Positions 1-27,779 of a DNA stretch of 64,000 bases are shown one piece after another (the stretch's first letter is position 1; every line of letters starts with the position of its first letter). Both the position numbers and the translations under genes were made by a program. Where the stretch lies: NCBI GenBank assembly GCA_028534125.1, contig CM052818.1:34102001-34166000 (forward strand), read 5' to 3'. The DNA comes from Lama glama (Eukaryota). The notes beneath the pieces are model-generated. The model was not told the origin of the DNA. It did not search any database and was given only the letters and a program-made list of their open reading frames with translations.

Positions 1-70
1 GCAGCCCGGCCCCACACTTTCTCCCCAGTGCTATCACCCAATCCTCTCCCCAAGCGGCTCCCATACTCAC

Positions 71-291
71 CCTCCCCACCCAGTCCACTCAGGTGGCTGC
101 CCGCACTGGAGCCAGAGAGGTTGGGGCGGGCCGGCTGGGGCCGGGGGCGCGGTGTGGTAGGTGCGGGACCCAGCGCAGGGGCAGGGCCCTCGGCGCAGTC
201 ATCGCCCCCGTACCCCTGGCAGCACCTCCACTCCATGTCCGTCACTGTCTTGTAGGCCACGCGGTAGCGAGGGCGGAGGAAGCTGCGGTAC
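71..291 (-). CDS. EMILIN1: EMILIN1 exon 3
   Basis: YRSFLRPRYRVAYKTVTDMEWRCCQGYGGDDC...GLGGE; cag|...|gtgagt. Confidence 0.95.
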
Positions 292-1998
292 CTGGGAGAG
301 GCAGAGGGAGGCCTCTTTACTCCTCCCTGTACTGTCAGTGATCCTGACCCCTGTCCTCAGAAATGGACGGCTCCTGGTGGGCTAGGCCGTCCCTCAGGCT
401 GGGTCCGCCTTACTGACCAGCATGTGGCCTTGCTCAGTTGACAGCTGTCAGCTTTTTGGCCAAGGGCCAAATCTCTGTTCTTCCTCCCCTTGTCCTGTGC
501 TGGAACTTTGAACTCCTCTCCTTGAGCATGACCCAACCCAGAGAAGGCCCTGGGGTGCTGGCAGGGTGGTGGAGGTAAGTTAGTCCTCAGTATCCCACCA
601 GCCAAACTGTTGCCTCAGCAACTCCTCAGAGTGCTCAGGAAGCCCCTGGTCCTGCCCCTTGCTACCTGCTTTGTACAAATTCCCTGGGTTGGCTGCCCTA
701 GCCCAGCCCTCACCAAGTACCCATCCCCCAGCAGTGGGGCTCACATGATGCTGCGGGAACACTGGGGCTGGCCCCAGCCACAGGGCTGGTAGTCGGGCTT
801 GACGAAGGTCTCCACTCCATCCTCAAGGACACAGCTCACTGTCCGGGTCACCACAAAGGCACACCAGTTCCTGCGGGCACAACCCCACCTGGGCCCAAGG
901 GCCAGAGACACACTCCCCGGAGGAAGGCCCTGGGGCTACCAGAGGAGCTAAGGGAGGGTAAAAAGATGAAGGGCCTTGGGGACCAGTGGGAACCAGGGAT
1001 TTGGCAGGGGCAGCTCCCCCCACGCCTTCCTGTGCAGCAGGAGTCGATAAAGACTTTTCAAGATGGGGGAAGGAGGCACAGAATGGAAAACCACAACTAC
1101 AAGATGTTGATCCTCATGGCTGGGGGCGCCTGGGGGGCCTCTGAATCCATGCATTCATTCCTGTCCCTTTCTGTCTCAATCCCCAGCTTGGCATGGCTGG
1201 TGTGAGCCGGCTGGCCAGTCCCTCTGGTGTTCCCCTGGATGCTGGCTTCTACCCACCCCTCAGGGGAGAGGACAGGGCAGGCAGGGGTCCAGTTCAGGGT
1301 TAAGGAGAGAATAAGCCATTGACAAGCCCTGCCCGCCTTGGGGCTCACAGTTCTGCACTCTGGGCCCCATTCATGCTGACCTCTGGTCCGTGTCCGGCTG
1401 GAGAGCCGAAAGGAGCAGGGCAGGAGTGGTATCAGAATCGTGGATTACGGGCAGGGCTGAGGGAGCCCTCCAAAGGGATCAGAGGTCGGCTGAGAATCCC
1501 AGGCTGGTGTGCAGCTGGCAGCTGGCAGGAAAGCCAGCCCCTCGCCCCTCGAAGTAGTTTCCCTGGGCACCTTGGGCACCTAACGTGGAAGCTGATGCCC
1601 CTGAGGTTATGAGGTTAGACTGGGGGTACCTATCCATTCAGGGGGCCCTGGAAGTGCCCTGCAGGGAGGTTGGCCTACAAGAAGCCACCTGATGGCTGGG
1701 CTTCCTCTTCCCCCTTCCCTGCATTAGGGGGGACAGCCTAGGGAGGGTACCAAGGGAGGGGCCAGGATACCCACCTTACCCCCCACCCTCCCACCTACTT
1801 CCAGCCTTGGGCTGGGACCCAGACTTACCTGTGGCGGCTGGCAGGCCGAGGGGCACTCTGGGCCTGGGCTCCCCCAGGGCTGAGGGCCCCGCCACTCCCA
1901 GTGTAGAGGCTGTAACCGCGAGGAGGGTAGCTGGCTGCCCCCACAGCTGTGGTCAGCAGGCAGCAGAGGTAGCAGCTCCAGAGGGTGCTGGGGGCCAT
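71..1998 (-). CDS. EMILIN1: EMILIN-1, 5' part (signal peptide and EMI domain); continues beyond left edge
   Basis: join(1829..1998,745..870,71..291), all GT-AG, phases 2/2/1 consistent; reads MAPSTLWSCYLCCLL...RHRNWCAFVVTRTVSC...EWRCCQGYGGDDC (EMI domain). Confidence 0.96.
745..870 (-). CDS. EMILIN1: EMILIN1 exon 2
   Basis: NWCAFVVTRTVSCVLEDGVETFVKPDYQPCGWGQPQCSRSI; cag|...|gtgagc. Confidence 0.95.
1829..1998 (-). CDS. EMILIN1: EMILIN1 coding exon 1
   Basis: ATG at 1998 in ccaccATGG context; MAPSTLWSCYLCC...PRPASRH; donor AG|GTAAGT. Confidence 0.95.
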
Positions 1999-2859
1999 GG
2001 TGGGGGTGCTCCGTGGTGGCCCTCAGAGGCACATCCTGGCCTGACTACTGGCGCCTCTGCCCGGAGCGGGGGTGCCGCTGCTCTGAGGGGTAGTGCCGGT
2101 CGGGTCCTGTCCCCAGCTTCCTGCCAGCAGCCCCTAGCCACACACCTCCTCCTTGGCCGCCTGGCCTGACCCCTCTCCCCCTCCTCTTCCCTCCTCGGAC
2201 TCCTGTCTGTCCCTCCCTTGATTCCTTCCGCTCTCCTCTTCTCTACTTGTGAGGGGAGTTTGTTCTCTGTGCCCCCCCAGCCTCCAGCGCCTGGTCCTCT
2301 CAGATGCTGCTTCCTGGGCCTCCACCCCCTCGCCCCAGCTGGCCCTCCTCTGGTCTCCCTATCTGTTTTCCCCAATGACTAGATCCTGGGGGTGACAGGG
2401 CTTGGCCCCTGTGGCTGCTCAGAGGCGCAAGAGTGGCTGTGGGGCGGGCCCTGGCCTCCCGCCTCTCTCTCTCCCTCACTCCCCTCCCTTCCCCCCTGTC
2501 TGGCTGGCGGTCCAGCCTCCCCCTTCCTCCCCCCACCTCTCCAACCATCGTGCGCCACATCTGCTTCTTGTTAACTCCGGGAAAGAGAGAAAAAAAAAGG
2601 AAAAACAGAGAAATGTGGAGTTGCCGCCGGGCCTGGGGCCAGCCTCTTAGACGGGCCACATGGAGTGGAGCCGGGGCCAGAGCTGGGGAGGAGGCTTAGG
2701 GCTGGTCACTTAGGCAGGGAACAGGAGCTGGAGCCACAGCTCTCCTGGGGCCAGGGCAGTCCTCCCCTGGGAGAGAAGACCTGAGGGACAAGCCCAGAGG
2801 GGAGAGCTGGAGGGGAGAGCTGGAAAAGGGAGAGTCAACTTGCAAGACTCAGCAGGATG

Positions 2860-2975
2860 TCACTCATCATCTAGTCTTGCTGCCTCCTTTTATAGATGTG
2901 AACACTGAGGCCCAGAGTGGGAAAGTAACTTGTCCAAGGTAACACAGCAAGTCAAGAGCAGGGCTCTGGTTAGAA
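2860..2975. repeat. MIR SINE fragment
   Basis: tttatagatgtgaacactgaggcccagag...aagtaacttgtccaaggtaacacagc matches the MIR core; boundaries approximate. Confidence 0.7.
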
Positions 2976-3819
2976 TCTAAATAGTACCTAAGCCAGTGGC
3001 GTGGGAGGAAAAAAGAGGAGAGGACAGAGGGCTACTGGGCCAGGGAGGGAAAGGAGAAGGACTCCACTGAGGCAGGCAGGAAATTCAGAGAAGCCAGAAG
3101 GAGAAAAAAGGAATCTGGAAATGGAGAGCAGCCTTCTGCCAAGCGCTGAGAGGACATGGGAAAGAGGAGAAAGACCCTCATTCTCAAAAGGCCAAGTGAA
3201 TATGGGTCTCAGGCTTGTCTTGGTGAAGGTCAGCCACGTGGGAGGGGAAGGAGGGAGGAAAGCTGGGTCCTAACTACTTAGATCGATTTAAGTCACTCTC
3301 TAGTGTGGAACCAAGTCTGATAGCCTCTGAGGCAGGCAAGGAAGTGAACTCAACCATCAGCGTGGCCCGTAGGTTCCCGGTGAGATGTCTGAATGTGTTA
3401 GCCGGCCCCCCTCACCGTCTGGCCCCCAGAGTTGTGTTCTGTACAGGTCTCCCTGTGTGGAGGGCCGCCTGGGAGAGGGGAGCAGAAGTACTAGACAGAA
3501 AGGAGGCAAGGGCACTGCGCGGGCCCTGCGGAGGGAGGCGCCCAGGCGGCAAAGGCATGTGTAAGATTCAGTAAGGAGCAGCCGGGCCTGCTGGGGACTG
3601 GAACACACGCGCCCAACAGAGAACAAACACAAGGCAGGACAGACAGAATGCCAGGGGGCCAGACAGACGGATGACGTGCTCTGGGTAAGAGGAGGGGAGA
3701 CAGTTGGCTGCTGCGGGAAGTCAGAGCAGGGCTGTCGGAAGAAAAAGAACCTGATCAATGTTGGGGGAAGAGTAAAGAACAGAGACCAGGGGAGGGGAGA
3801 GACTTCAGGTTGGGGAAGT

Positions 3820-3960
3820 GGTCTGTCTCAGTTTCCTCATCTTAGCATGGGAATAATAATAGTACCCCCCTTCTTAGGTTTGTGAGGATTAAGTTATTCC
3901 ATGTAAAGCACTTAAAATAGTGCTTGGCATGTGGTAAATGCTCCATAAATGTTAGCTCTT
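3820..3960. repeat. MIR SINE fragment
   Basis: ctcagtttcctcatc...ggaataataatagtacc...gtgaggattaa...taaatgttagct; boundaries approximate. Confidence 0.75.
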
Positions 3961-6900
3961 CTTTGGGTCAGGAAGAAGTGGGACAGAAAGTCAGAGAAGT
4001 CAATTGCAGAAAGATTAGGGAGAGGCTCAGATAACTGGATACAAGTTTTTGAGTAGGGGGTTGATACAAATGCAGAAAGAAGGTATTCTCAGCAAGAGCA
4101 ATGGGCAGGGTGTTAGGGCACAAGGATGCTGGTTCCAGCTTCTGCTCTAAGTAGTGTTATTACTTTGAGCAAATCTCCTGACTCCAGTCGGGGTCTGCTG
4201 TCTGTCATCTCAGGTTCCTTCTAAATCTTACACTGGGAAGTGATGTAGACTTGGAAGAGAAGGCTGTGACTGCTTGGTGACTGCCTGGGTAGTGAGGGAC
4301 CAGAAGAAGGGAGACACCAGAGAAGAAGATTCCAGAATTTGAGCCAGGATGGATAAGTTGAGAAGAGGAGCAGGTTTGAAGGAAAGAAAGATGACTTTAG
4401 TTTGGGCATCTTGAGTTTAAGATGAGAGTAACATATCTTGATGGAAATAAACGTCCAGGAGATGGTTAGCAATGTGGTTTTTGATTCTGGGAACCATTTG
4501 CAGGACAATAGTTGGCAGCCATGAGAATAGATGCCACCAAATCTTCAATGTGACTCTGAGTGATCTGCCTCAGAGGTCCTATGGCCTAGAATATGATCCT
4601 GATGACTGGGAGAAATGTTGGTGAAAAGACAGGGTGGTGAAAGTAAACACTGGAACCAACAGAAATGGAATTTTGTGGCTGTCCCTTAGAGGTGTGGGGA
4701 TCAGCATGGAGGGAGACTTGAAGGTAATGGTCCTGGAAGATCCTGATTGAAAGTCGCTGGCAGTGGAAGGCTGCAGCTTCGTCTCTGGTCTCTGCATCAG
4801 TTCTCGGCCCTGGCCCTGGCTCTGGCAACGAGCCAACCCCCTTCCCCTCCAGGTTGCCCTGGCTGCTGCTGTGGGTTTGCTTTCTCTGCTTGTCCCCTTT
4901 GTCTCTCCCTTCAAGGGTCTCTGGCAACCTGAAAAGTCATCCTAGCCATCTTGTCACTGCCCAGTTGTCACCCATTCCTTTGCCTGAACCCTTAAGTTGA
5001 AAAATCTGTTGTATTTTAAGTGTGTCAACTGAAATATGTTGGCTTTGACATATAATTGCAGTAGGTTGCATTTCATTTAGTCCTGTGATTAGGAGCCAAG
5101 ACTTAGGGACTGACATGACGTTTATGAGATCTCAAAGAAATCAGTGACCCTGGGTTCACTGGGGAGGCCTGAGGTGCTGGGCGAACAGGCACAATGGAGA
5201 CTAAGGTCAGAGAGAATGTCATGGTGGCGGTGGTGGGGGATGATAGGCAGCCATAGATTTCCAAAGCAACTGGCAAGAGAATTCTTGAAACCAAAAAAGG
5301 CTGAGTCCCTGGGGCACTAGGACAAGATCTAGTTTATAACCTCTCTAAGACAGGAGATTTCCAAGGGTCTAGTGCCAATGGGGAATCTTGGTTATACCAG
5401 GCAACTAACTCCTTCTGTCAACCATCACTGACTGAGCAATGAGGTCATGTGCAGGAGGCCAGGACAGCCAGGGGCACAAGCAGTAAGGAGCATTTCTATG
5501 TCTGTAGCCCTCTGTCAGAAGACTGAATACTGGAAGGAAAAAGGGGGACTAATATGAATTGGGCCTTGGGTCACGCAAACCCAGATGGAAACTCAAGATT
5601 GTGGGGACTCTTGACCAAAAGTCCACTCATCCACAAATGTACACATTTTCCTTTTCCTTCCAATCCTTCCCACAGATACTTTAGGAGCCAGCCTCCCTGG
5701 ACTCGTGCCCAGTCCCCTTTTTCCAGGTCTTGTTGCTTTTTCACTCCTGAGCCTAATCCTGACCACATGTCTCCTCCTTGAAAATGTCACACTAATCAGA
5801 GATTAAGCTCCACATGTATCTCCTGCACCCCCACATCCTCTCTCTCCCTTAACTCTCCCCAAGATGAGGCTTCGTCTGTCTCCTCTCCCACGTTTTTCCA
5901 CCCAAGCTTTTTTCAAGATTGCTAGTTCTTAGCTGAGTCTAGTTTAGTCCTGAAGACCATTTTTTACTGGGTTAAAATGTTTCTCCAGGCACTTGGCAAA
6001 ATAACCCATTCAAGGCTGATAAAGACTCCCTGACCTAGGCACAGGAAGTTCTGGGAGGGGAAGGACACTTATGGATGGTTCCAAAACAAATCCTTTTCCT
6101 CTTGGCCCTGACCCTAGGACAACCTATTGAGTTGACAGTCTGACACGGAATGTGAAACAGAAGAAAGATCAGGTGACACTGTCTCTAACTATCTGTAGAA
6201 ACTTGGTCAAATCAATTACCTTCTGGGCCTCAGTTTCCTTCTTTATAAAGTGACCTTCAGCTCTAACAGTCTAGTTTACTTTGCACCTGGGTCAGTTGGT
6301 TTCAGGACAGCCTTGGAAAGCTGAAGCACCTTCCAAGGCCTTCCCTCACGTCATTTGTAGCCTAGAAAGTCTACTTTCCAGGGTCCAGTTCTGTTTCAAC
6401 AGTAGATCTAAACGTCTGGTTGCACTTAGATCTACTTCAAATTTCCAGGGGATCCAAAGCATAATGTGTGTGATCCTTTAGACCTAGACCTTCATTCTCC
6501 TGGAGCAGAGCTGGAAACAGACAGCTCACCGAGGGACACATGAGGGAGTACATGGCTGGGGTTTCACAGTTAATGTGGAGGGGACATAGGCTTGGGAAAT
6601 TCTAAATAGGAAACCTCTGGGGAAAAACTGGGTGGGGGCTGGAGGATGAGTAAGTGGAGTCCAGGGGAATTACAGACTGCTAAAGGCAAAGACTGAGTTT
6701 AGGAGTCACTGGGCTGGAGCATGGAGAACAAACTGCTGATGGTCCTAGGCTGGGGAAGCCCCCTCCCGGCTAGTGCACCCTTAGCTCATAGTGCACACAG
6801 ACAGTAAGTCAGTCCCCTTACCCAGCTGTTCCAGCCCTATAGCAGCTCCTGTAGTTTTCTTTGGCTCAGAGAAGCAGAGGCGTCCCCTGAGCCCTGGCCC

Positions 6901-7899
6901 CCCTCTACCGCAAAGCAACTGGCTTCCATTACCACTGACAGCTCCAGAGCAACAGCCCAGCCCCCGGCCCCAGCCTGGCTCAGTGCCGTTCCCTTTTATG
7001 GTGAAGCTGAGGGAAAGCAAGGAGTGAGGGGGGAGTAGGTTCTGGCTGGGCAGAGGGTTGTAGAGCCGGAGTGCCTCTCCTCTCACCAGAGACTCTAGGA
7101 CATCTACCCACAGTTATCTTTCTTTTTTCTCCTCGGTGGCCCACCCTGCTTCTAACCCACACAACCCCTCTTGCCAGTCCCAGCCCTTCCTCCCCTTCCC
7201 CCTCCCTCATATCCGGGGGTGATTTCCCACTTGGCCAAAGTCCCACGTTTTGGGTTTTGATTCCGGGAGAGTCCGCCCAATTTCCTACGCCTACCTCTAG
7301 GGGTGGGATGGAGGGAGGGAGTTCGAGTAAAGGAGGCACTGGTCAGATCACAGGCAGGATCGCTCTACTTGGCAGATGTGGGGCAGAAAGGCTGGCGCCG
7401 AGGAGAGGCACCCGGCCGCCCCAGCCCTGTCCCCATTCTGCGCCGCCTCTCATTCCTTTCCCCGCCGTCCCGGCCAGGGAGGGGACCCTGGGGGCGGGCG
7501 CAAAGGAAGCACCTGGCTGGGCCGGGAGGGGAAGCGAAGGGTGGGCAGCAGCGCGGGGCGCTGGGACAAAAAGAGGGACTGGAGTCTAGGGTCATGCCGA
7601 GCCTCCCGCCAGGACCCGCCGCCGAACCCTTGCTGTAGCACACTCCTTGGCTCCCGGGAGGCGGCCACAGCACCACTAGCATTCGTTCTCCGCCGCGCCA
7701 GCTGCAGCCAGCTGCGCCGCTCTGCGTTCAGGGCGCGCTTCCGCTGCCCGTCGGCCCCCTACGACGGCCCGTCCCTCCGCAGCCCCGCCCGAGACCCCGC
7801 CCCTCGGGTGGGAGCAGTCGAGACGGCCGGGCTAGAAAGCCCATACTGGCCGAGCCGCACGGCCGGAAGTGTCTGGTTTGCGACTGGGCTGGCGCTGCA

Positions 7900-7969
7900 A
7901 ACTTCCGGTTCAGGTCTCCTACCTTGAGCTAGCGCGCAGACCGCGTCGGAGCAGAGCCCAGCTGATCAG
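7900..7969 (+). other. OST4: OST4 non-coding exon 1 (5' boundary approximate)
   Basis: Donor CAG|GTGAGA at 7969/7970; next acceptor ttctcttctccgcag| ends at 8093. Confidence 0.7.
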
Positions 7970-8004
7970 GTGAGAGGCACGCAGGCGCAGGCCACGGCCC
8001 GTAG

Positions 8005-8208
<204 letters not shown>

Positions 8209-8911
8209 AAGTGGCGCTTTCTCCGCCCCAGGTAACGGTCCGGGGCGGTAGCGCCCAGCCCCCGAAGAGTGGAGAGTGGAGTGGCGAGGCCGCGCCAGGG
8301 CCTGCAGGGTTCGAAACTTCAAATCAGAAAAGTGTTGGGCCAAGCATGTTAACAGCCCAGAAATGGGCCCCTTTGTCCGCACAGAGTAGGGAGTGTCTTG
8401 CGGTGCCCACCCCCCCGTCTTAAACTGCTCCCTGCTACAACAGGGGTGGGTTCCCTAAACCCCCTCAGTCCTCATCTTCATATAGTCCCCAGATAACCAA
8501 GTTGGGAGTGTAGGTACAAGGAGGCACTGACATGCGAAGAAATAAAGACACTGAAGATGCCATCCAAGTATGAAGATTTGGGTTCTTAAGTAGTCCTCAT
8601 TTTTCCAAAGTTGTTTAGGTTTTTATTTAGGCATAATTCTTTTGTGAGGGATTGTAAAGATAGAGAATTTCCATGCTCAGTGACAGGGGGCACTGATTTA
8701 GGGATTGGCTACTGCTGACCAAAGTCAAAGAAGAAGGGGGTGTGTGAGGGGGAGGAGTTGTGTGAAAGGCTTGGAAACCAACCGTAAGTGTGGGTCAGAA
8801 CTGTAAAACTGTAGGGGGGAACAGGCTGGATGGGAGTTGATTCTTGAAGGATTACCCCAGAAGAAAGCTGCAGCATTTTCCTTACCTCAGGTCTTTCCCC
8901 CTCTTTTCTAG

Positions 8912-9150
8912 GATTCCAGGACATAGTCTGAGGCAAGATGGAGGGTGTGAGGGGCCTTCACACTTCACTTCATCCCTTCTGCCCATCACAACATACAAAG
9001 CAACCACACCTGGATTTTCCCAAACAACTTTTATTTCCTCAAAGTCTTCCTTAACCCTATGGAACAAGAAGCTGCCACTGACTAGGGCCCAGTATAGGGG
9101 CTGCTTTCTTTTCTACTCCCTCCCCCCAATATAAAAATATAGTTTTCTTT
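8912..9150 (+). other. OST4: OST4 3'UTR exon 3 (3' end approximate)
   Basis: Acceptor ctcttttctag| at 8911; donor CAG|GTAACG at 8231; variant poly(A) hexamers AATATA/TATAAA at 9128-9135 followed by a T/GT-rich tract. Confidence 0.65.
9030..9035 (-). promoter_or_regulatory. AGBL5 distal poly(A) signal
   Basis: AATAAA on minus strand about 335 nt after the AGBL5 stop. Confidence 0.65.
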
Positions 9151-9368
9151 GTGGTCCCAGAATCTTGTGCTGTGGAGGGAGGGAAGGGGTGGCAAGTCCC
9201 TGCTTTGTCTGTCTCAGGGTGATGCTCTGCAATGCCTCAGAACACTGTGGCTGGTGTCCCAAGGAGTTATGGTTGTCACATGGAATCAGCAGCTGAGGAA
9301 CGAGACTAGCACATTTCTCAGTGTGTTCCCCATCTTGGGACTGTATCCTGGGCATGAAGGTCAAGACA

Positions 9369-25434
<16,066 letters not shown>

Positions 25435-26229
25435 CTACTCTCAGGGAGTGCCCTAAGAAGCAAGAAGCTCTTTCCCGTTAGAAAAAGTAGAAGTAGCCTT
25501 CCAGCAAAGGCCAAGAATAAGCAGTATTCTGTCCCCACAATAAGGGTTTTAACTGACCTAAAAGGACCCTATTTTACTACAGCTTGTGTATTCCAAAATG
25601 AAGTACTCAGTCGCTTAAGTTTGTTGAAAAATACTGAGCTCTAAGCTTCTTTGCAGCCCAAAGATTACAGAATACAATTAGAGAGGTCAGATTGCCCAAA
25701 CCTAGCCAAGATACACCCACCACAGCACATGGCCAGCTTGAATGATGGATCATTCCGATCTCTGGTTCTTAGATGGGCTTCCCACTCTCCAGCCGAGCAG
25801 AGCGGAGAGAACCAAGTTTCTAACTTTAAATGGGCAGCTTCCTCTCTCCACTCCTTTGTCCTCACAAGTACTGACCATTCTTCTGTTGCTTCCCTGAGAC
25901 CTGGAAGGTCTAGTACTTACTTTTTGTTACTACCCAACGCCTACTATGGAAGAAAATTAGACAGGCTGGCCTTAGCCAAGCCAAAGAAACTGGGCAGAGC
26001 CACTTGTTCACCTGGAGGCTGTAGCTCAATTCCAGTGAGGGTACTGGGTCTATTTCCATCCCCTCCCGTCATGTAAGCACTGAAGCCCCTGAAAAAGCTA
26101 CCTTGGTAGTTGTTGAGTGGATAATAGGTGTTCTAAGCACCCCTCAAAAAAGTGGCCAATAGAGACCCACTTGGGGGCAGGGGTGTGGCTTCTCGACCCT
26201 CAACTCTGAAGGACCCTCACACACGGACC

Positions 26230-26930
26230 GAGCTTGCCCCGGGCAGGGTCCGGTTTGGAGGCATGGGGTGGGTCGGGGCAGCCCTCCTACACTCGAGGGA
26301 GGGTAGGAAGGCGGGGAGCAGGGGTCAGAGGTGGGGCCAACCGAAGTGGGGGTGGGGCCGGGGACAGCCCGGCCGAGGGGCGGGGTGGGGCAGCCGGGCG
26401 GTGGGGCGGGGTGGGATTCCAGAGGGGTTCCGGGCAGAAAGGGGCTGAGAAGGGGGCGGGGCCGGGCCGGCGGGGCCCGCACTCCACGCAGAGCCCCTCA
26501 CCTCTCTCCGGGCCGGTGATCCCGCTCCCTCTCCCGCTAGCGAGGCGCCACCTGGGCCCCGGCACCCGGGCCCTCCGCCCAGGACCCAAACAAAACCCGA
26601 GCGCCGCGGTGCCGGGACCCCGCTCTGCCAGGAAACAAGAAGTCTCTCGCCTATTGGCCGCGGGGACAGCTGGCTACCCGCCCAGTAAAGCTTGCTGCCA
26701 TTGGTCAGCACGCCGGGGTTCCCTCGCACGTTTAGCGGGTACCTGAGCCTGGGCAGCTTGGGGGCTCGGCCCCCAGGCCTGGCGTGAGGGCTCCACTCGC
26801 GTCTTCTCGGAAGACGGTTAACGGCCTGCCCACCCAGAGGAGGAGAAGACAAAGTGAGCAAGGACATTGATTGGAAAAGACTCACCTGCAAAATAAAAGG
26901 ACCGTGTGTAAAGCTAATCATTGGCTACCA
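26230..26930 (-). promoter_or_regulatory. AGBL5: AGBL5 CpG-island promoter and non-coding exon 1 (about 26502-26640)
   Basis: CpG-rich; donor GAG|GTGAGG at 26502; minus-strand CCAAT boxes at 26653, 26700, 26870, 26920. Confidence 0.75.
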
Positions 26931-27018
26931 AGCTTATCTGTGTACTACAGCACACCCATCCGGTTCAGTAGCTCTCCCCAGGTTTGCGGATCCTACAATG
27001 CGCGGGAAAAAAACAAAG

Positions 27019-27091
27019 TGGAGGATGCGGGCATCGATCCCGCTACCTCTCGCATGCTAAGCGAGCGCTCTACCATTTGAGCTAATCCCCC
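27019..27091 (-). tRNA. tRNA-Ala (AGC)
   Basis: GGGGGATTAGCTCAAATGGTAGAGCGCTCGCTTAGCATGCGAGAGGTAGCGGGATCGATGCCCGCATCCTCCA, 73 nt; G3:U70 identity pair; T7 terminator at 27013-27007. Confidence 0.97.
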
Positions 27092-27412
27092 AGCTGGTGT
27101 CGACTTCGTTTCCTTTGCCTTACAGGTTTTTCTGGGGTGTACGCTGACCATTGGACTCACCACAATACAGTACATTCATTTACCGTCGGCAAGATTTTTT
27201 AAACTATATATATGCAATAATAAAGCTCTATTTAAAAGCACAGGTTAACATTCCTTTGCATGTAACCCACAACAGGTTACCTATGCCTTGACTACTTAAC
27301 TGCATTATATGTTTCACGGAACATTGGCGGTGCTCATGCAAATGAACAATGGACTTTCGTTGTAAAGCTTTCCTCCCATGAAAGGGAGGAATGTTAAAAA
27401 TTTCACGCGAAG

Positions 27413-27502
27413 TCCTTCGAGCCGGAATCGAACCAGCGACCTAAGGATTGCCAAGGTTTGATACACTACAGTCCTCCGCTCTACCAACTGAGCTATCGAA
27501 GG
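27413..27502 (-). tRNA. tRNA-Tyr (GTA) with 17-nt intron
   Basis: CCTTCGATAGCTCAGTTGGTAGAGCGGAGGACTGTAG[TGTATCAAACCTTGGCA]ATCCTTAGGTCGCTGGTTCGATTCCGGCTCGAAGGA; intron 27449-27465 at the canonical 37/38 site; T5 terminator at 27400-27396. Confidence 0.97.
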
Positions 27503-27779
27503 CCCCGGCTCTCCAACGGCCCGGAGGCTGTCCTCTAATACTTACTGAGGCCGTACTATTCCAGGGTCTCAATAATTTGGGGGAATCCTGGTCTCCATCT
27601 TCAAAAGGAGCTCGCCTGAGCGGAGTTCCTCCAGTCTACCAAGAACAGATGAAGCCGGAGACAGAAGTGAGAGCAAATGATGTTGCCAAAAGACCCACTT
27701 TCCAGCCCTGGTGGAGGGAAACACGGGCAATAAACTTCTCTTCCGTTTCCTTGCTTTTTACAAAACGATACCCACAACC

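Noticed and set aside
7071..7927. Long ORFs (172 and 183 aa) over the OST4 CpG island
   Set aside because: Stop-poor GC-rich DNA, non-ATG starts, no homology recognised.
26234..26921. 170-198 aa ORFs at the AGBL5 promoter
   Set aside because: CpG-island artefacts with low-complexity Gly/Pro/Arg translations.
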